DNA of 64,000 nt, taken from IMG/VR virus record IMGVR_UViG_3300033121_002239, positions 9,025-73,024 of that record; one strand, 5' to 3'. The DNA comes from a virus (taxonomy: Duplodnaviria > Caudoviricetes). This document shows, in pieces, positions 61,441 to 64,000 of the stretch (positions are counted from its first letter, which is position 1; the number at the start of each line of letters is the position of its first letter). A program made the position numbers and the translations under genes. The notes beneath the pieces are model-generated. The model did not search any database. It saw only the letters and a program-made list of their open reading frames with translations, and was not told the origin of the DNA.

Positions 61441-62352
61441 ATGAAGACCAAGATCAAGCCTGCGACTGCATCCGTTGCACCGACGCTCTACAAGGTGCTC
61501 ACGGCCGACGGGCACAGCCCGTACATCACGGCCTATGCGTGGTCGCTGCCGACGCAGAACGCGGACGGCTCGTGGACTCCCGGTGCGTGGCACGAGGAGC
61601 CCGCGTCGGTGTTCGACCTCGGGCACGGGCTGCATATTACGCCAGCGCCCGACCACTACTGGCCGCGCAACACCTGTGTTGCGTATGAGTGCGAGGCGTC
61701 GGGCTACCGCGAAGACCCACTCACGGATCATCACGTCGTCGCGCTGCGGGTGCGCCTCCTGCGACCCGTCTCGATGGAGGAGGCGCGCGAGGCTGCGACG
61801 AAGGCGCGCGCCAACGAGGCTGCGCGCGCTGCCGCGGGCGTCGAGTCGCCCGCATTGACCGCGTTCCGACTGCTCGTGGAGCTCACTCCTACGGAGTCTT
61901 GGCGCGACGTGAACTCATGTCGCTTCGATGCGCTCGCGTACGCAACCGAGTATCTGCGCTTCGACCCGAGCGACGTAAAGACGATCTACAACGAGTTCCG
62001 CGGGTCGTACTGGTTCGGGTGCGGGAGCGGCGCCGACGAGCGGCTCTACGAGCGCGCGGTCAAGAAGGGCAACGTCTCCGCGTGTGTCGCGTGGGAGAAG
62101 TTCTTTGGTCGTAAGCCCTGGATCGGCGACACCTCCGAAGGGAAGCGGGAGCGCCTCGCGGTGGATATCAAAATCCGTTGGGAGGGTGTGTGGTGCTTCA
62201 TCACGTCGATGAGCGACGAGAAGCTCATCGCCTGCACCTACAAAAAGGGCACGGGCTACGAACGCAAGATTGACCGCCGCTTCACGATCACGCGCGAGGC
62301 GTTCAAGCAGGCGTCCGCCAAGAAGTCGAAGGCCGAGAGAAAGGCTGCCTGA
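61441..62352 (+). CDS. Conserved-looking phage hypothetical protein
   Basis: AAGGAG RBS; YKVL..WSLP..PGAW..GLH..RVRLLR. Confidence 0.6.
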   Translation: MKTKIKPATASVAPTLYKVLTADGHSPYITAYAWSLPTQNADGSWTPGAWHEEPASVFDLGHGLHITPAPDHYWPRNTCVAYECEASGYREDPLTDHHVVALRVRLLRPVSMEEAREAATKARANEAARAAAGVESPALTAFRLLVELTPTESWRDVNSCRFDALAYATEYLRFDPSDVKTIYNEFRGSYWFGCGSGADERLYERAVKKGNVSACVAWEKFFGRKPWIGDTSEGKRERLAVDIKIRWEGVWCFITSMSDEKLIACTYKKGTGYERKIDRRFTITREAFKQASAKKSKAERKAA

Positions 62353-62750
62353 TGTCCACGGAGGGCGACATCGCGACGGCCTGGACGGAGCCGCGCACGC
62401 TCGACGAGGCCGAGGCCCGCCGCGCGGACACCATCGGGAAGGTCGCGCGCATCGAGGAGCAGCTCTCCGATGAAGATCGCTGCGCGCAACCGGACTACGA
62501 GGCGTGGCGGAAGAAGGCCCGCGGCGCGCTCCGCCACGCGCACGAGGAGCTCACGCGGCTCAATGCGTGGCTGCGGAAGGCTCGCGCCGCGCGTCGCCAG
62601 AACCTTCACCGCGAGCTCATGGAGGCGTCCGCGCGAGTGGCCGTCGAGCTCGACCGCTGGCGCGCGGGGGAGTCGTGGGACGCGCGCGCCGAGGCCGCCG
62701 CGGTCGCGCTCGACCGTGCGCTTGAGTCGCTCCGCGCGAGGGACCGATGA
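62352..62750 (+). CDS. Helical hypothetical protein
   Basis: Coupled ORF. Confidence 0.55.
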   Translation: MSTEGDIATAWTEPRTLDEAEARRADTIGKVARIEEQLSDEDRCAQPDYEAWRKKARGALRHAHEELTRLNAWLRKARAARRQNLHRELMEASARVAVELDRWRAGESWDARAEAAAVALDRALESLRARDR

Positions 62751-62998
62751 GCCCGACGCACTTTCTCCTCGCCGGGTTCGTGCTCGCGAGCGCCTACACG
62801 CTCCCGGCGCACCTCGTCCGCGGGCCGTGGTCGCGCGCCGACCTTGGGGCGCACGTCGCCGCGGTCTTGCTGGTCGTCGCCGCGATGCTCGCCGAGTGGT
62901 CGCGGGGCGACCTCCGCGTCGCGGCGTTCTTCGCGGGGATCGCCGCCCCGCTCGGGTTTTCGCTGTTTCTCCTGATGATCGAAGGGACTGAATCATGA
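62747..62998 (+). CDS. Small membrane protein
   Basis: Three hydrophobic segments. Confidence 0.5.
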   Translation: MSPTHFLLAGFVLASAYTLPAHLVRGPWSRADLGAHVAAVLLVVAAMLAEWSRGDLRVAAFFAGIAAPLGFSLFLLMIEGTES

Positions 62999-63576
62999 CC
63001 GCCGCACAGCCGCTCCTCTTCCCTGCGAACGACACGACCCCCAGCACGCCGCGCTCGCGTCGCCGACTCGACATCTACCCGCGCGCGCGCCGCCCCTTCG
63101 TTCGCGCGCCGCGCCACGTGCTCGACCCGAACGGCGTCGAAGAAGAGGCCGCGCTCACCGAGCTCACCGTCCGCGACGACCTCGCGTGCAGGCTCACCCG
63201 CGACGCGCACGGGGAGGCCGCGGTCGAGGTCCTGCCGACGCTCTGGGAGGGCGCGGCGACGGTGCGCGTCGTCGGGCGGAGCCCCGCGACCGAGAGTGAC
63301 GGCGCGTCGTGGTGGTGCGAGTCGTTCGTCGCGACCGACCTCCGCACGCTCGCGCGTCGCGCGTCGGCCTGGCTTGCGACCTTCGACGGGGCGTGCGTGC
63401 GCGTCGCCCGCGCCGAGGCCCTGGAGATCGACGCCGAGGGGCGCACCGTGCTCCGCCTGCGTCGCGACGCGGCGGGCGCGTGGTGTGTCGCGTCCGAGGC
63501 CCCGCGCGGGGTCGCCCTCCCGGTCGTGGTGGTGCGCGAGCACGCGGGGTGCAGCGAGCTCGCGCATGGAGCGTGA
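62995..63576 (+). CDS. Hypothetical protein
   Basis: Coupled ORF. Confidence 0.5.
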   Translation: MTAAQPLLFPANDTTPSTPRSRRRLDIYPRARRPFVRAPRHVLDPNGVEEEAALTELTVRDDLACRLTRDAHGEAAVEVLPTLWEGAATVRVVGRSPATESDGASWWCESFVATDLRTLARRASAWLATFDGACVRVARAEALEIDAEGRTVLRLRRDAAGAWCVASEAPRGVALPVVVVREHAGCSELAHGA

Positions 63577-64000
63577 CCTCGACATGGACCGCGCGCCGTG
63601 CGACGCGATCGAGACGCCCGCGAGCCCCGCGCCACGGCGCAGGCGGCACATGCTGCGGACGTTCCTCGCGGAGAGCCTCCCCGCGGACGCGACGTGCCCG
63701 ACGGACCACCCGCGGCCCGCGACGCGCGCCGAGTGCGAGCCCGGGGGCGCGCTGCACCTGCGGCCGTGCCCGTACGTCGGGTGCAAGCACCACCTCTTCC
63801 TCGACCCCGGCCGCGCCGCGAAGGGCTCCGTGCGCTTCGCGTTCCCCGGCAAGGAGCCGCACGAGATCCCCGCGTCGTGCTCGCTCGATGAGGCCGCGAG
63901 AGGCGGGCACACGCTCGATGAGGTGGGCGCGCGGATGGGGATGACCCGCGAGCGCACGCGCCAGCTCGAAGCGTCGGGGCTCGCCAAGGTCAGCGACGCG
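63566..64000 (+). CDS. Sigma70 region-4-like HTH protein with Cys/His cluster (runs off the window)
   Basis: EC..PCPYVGCKHHLFLD..SCSLD..HTLDEVGARMGMTRERTRQLEASGL. Not in the ORF track. Confidence 0.78.
   Translation, partial: MERDLDMDRAPCDAIETPASPAPRRRRHMLRTFLAESLPADATCPTDHPRPATRAECEPGGALHLRPCPYVGCKHHLFLDPGRAAKGSVRFAFPGKEPHEIPASCSLDEAARGGHTLDEVGARMGMTRERTRQLEASGLAKVSDA

Overview
The whole 64 kb window is one high-GC tailed-phage (myovirus) genome or prophage. No host housekeeping genes and no integrase are visible. Myxococcota-type lipoproteins and stand-alone sigma-4 proteins suggest a myxobacterial host (inference). Left to right: an accessory region (Cys-rich lipoprotein, Fis-like HTH, tnpB, dTMP kinase, several HTH genes); a minus-strand morphogenesis operon (terS/terL, about 6 kb of inserted accessory genes, PBSX-like portal, XkdF-like protease, capsid, neck, sheath, tube, and a tail chaperone with a -1 slippery site); a captured two-C5-methyltransferase/RHH/truncated-Vsr cassette; a tRNA-Met(CAT); a displaced baseplate spike gene; a replication and modification block (RecU-like nuclease, amino-MTase, SNF2, TrpF-like barrel, DnaB, initiator with iterons, two PP-loop proteins); and a cI/cro-like immunity region. 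The most striking feature is the tape-measure gene. At its canonical position after the frameshifted chaperone there is only a 97-bp stub of its 5' end. The full gene lies 6 kb away on the opposite strand, and the two copies form a 95/97-identical inverted repeat. This architecture would let a DNA inversion switch tail assembly on or off. Other candidates are three diversified 18-Cys lipoproteins next to entry-apparatus genes, a recurrent TGAC box upstream of late genes, an initiator-type tRNA with a C1-G72 pair, and a DUF6527-like protein in the neck operon. All family assignments are from motif recognition by eye, not from database searches.
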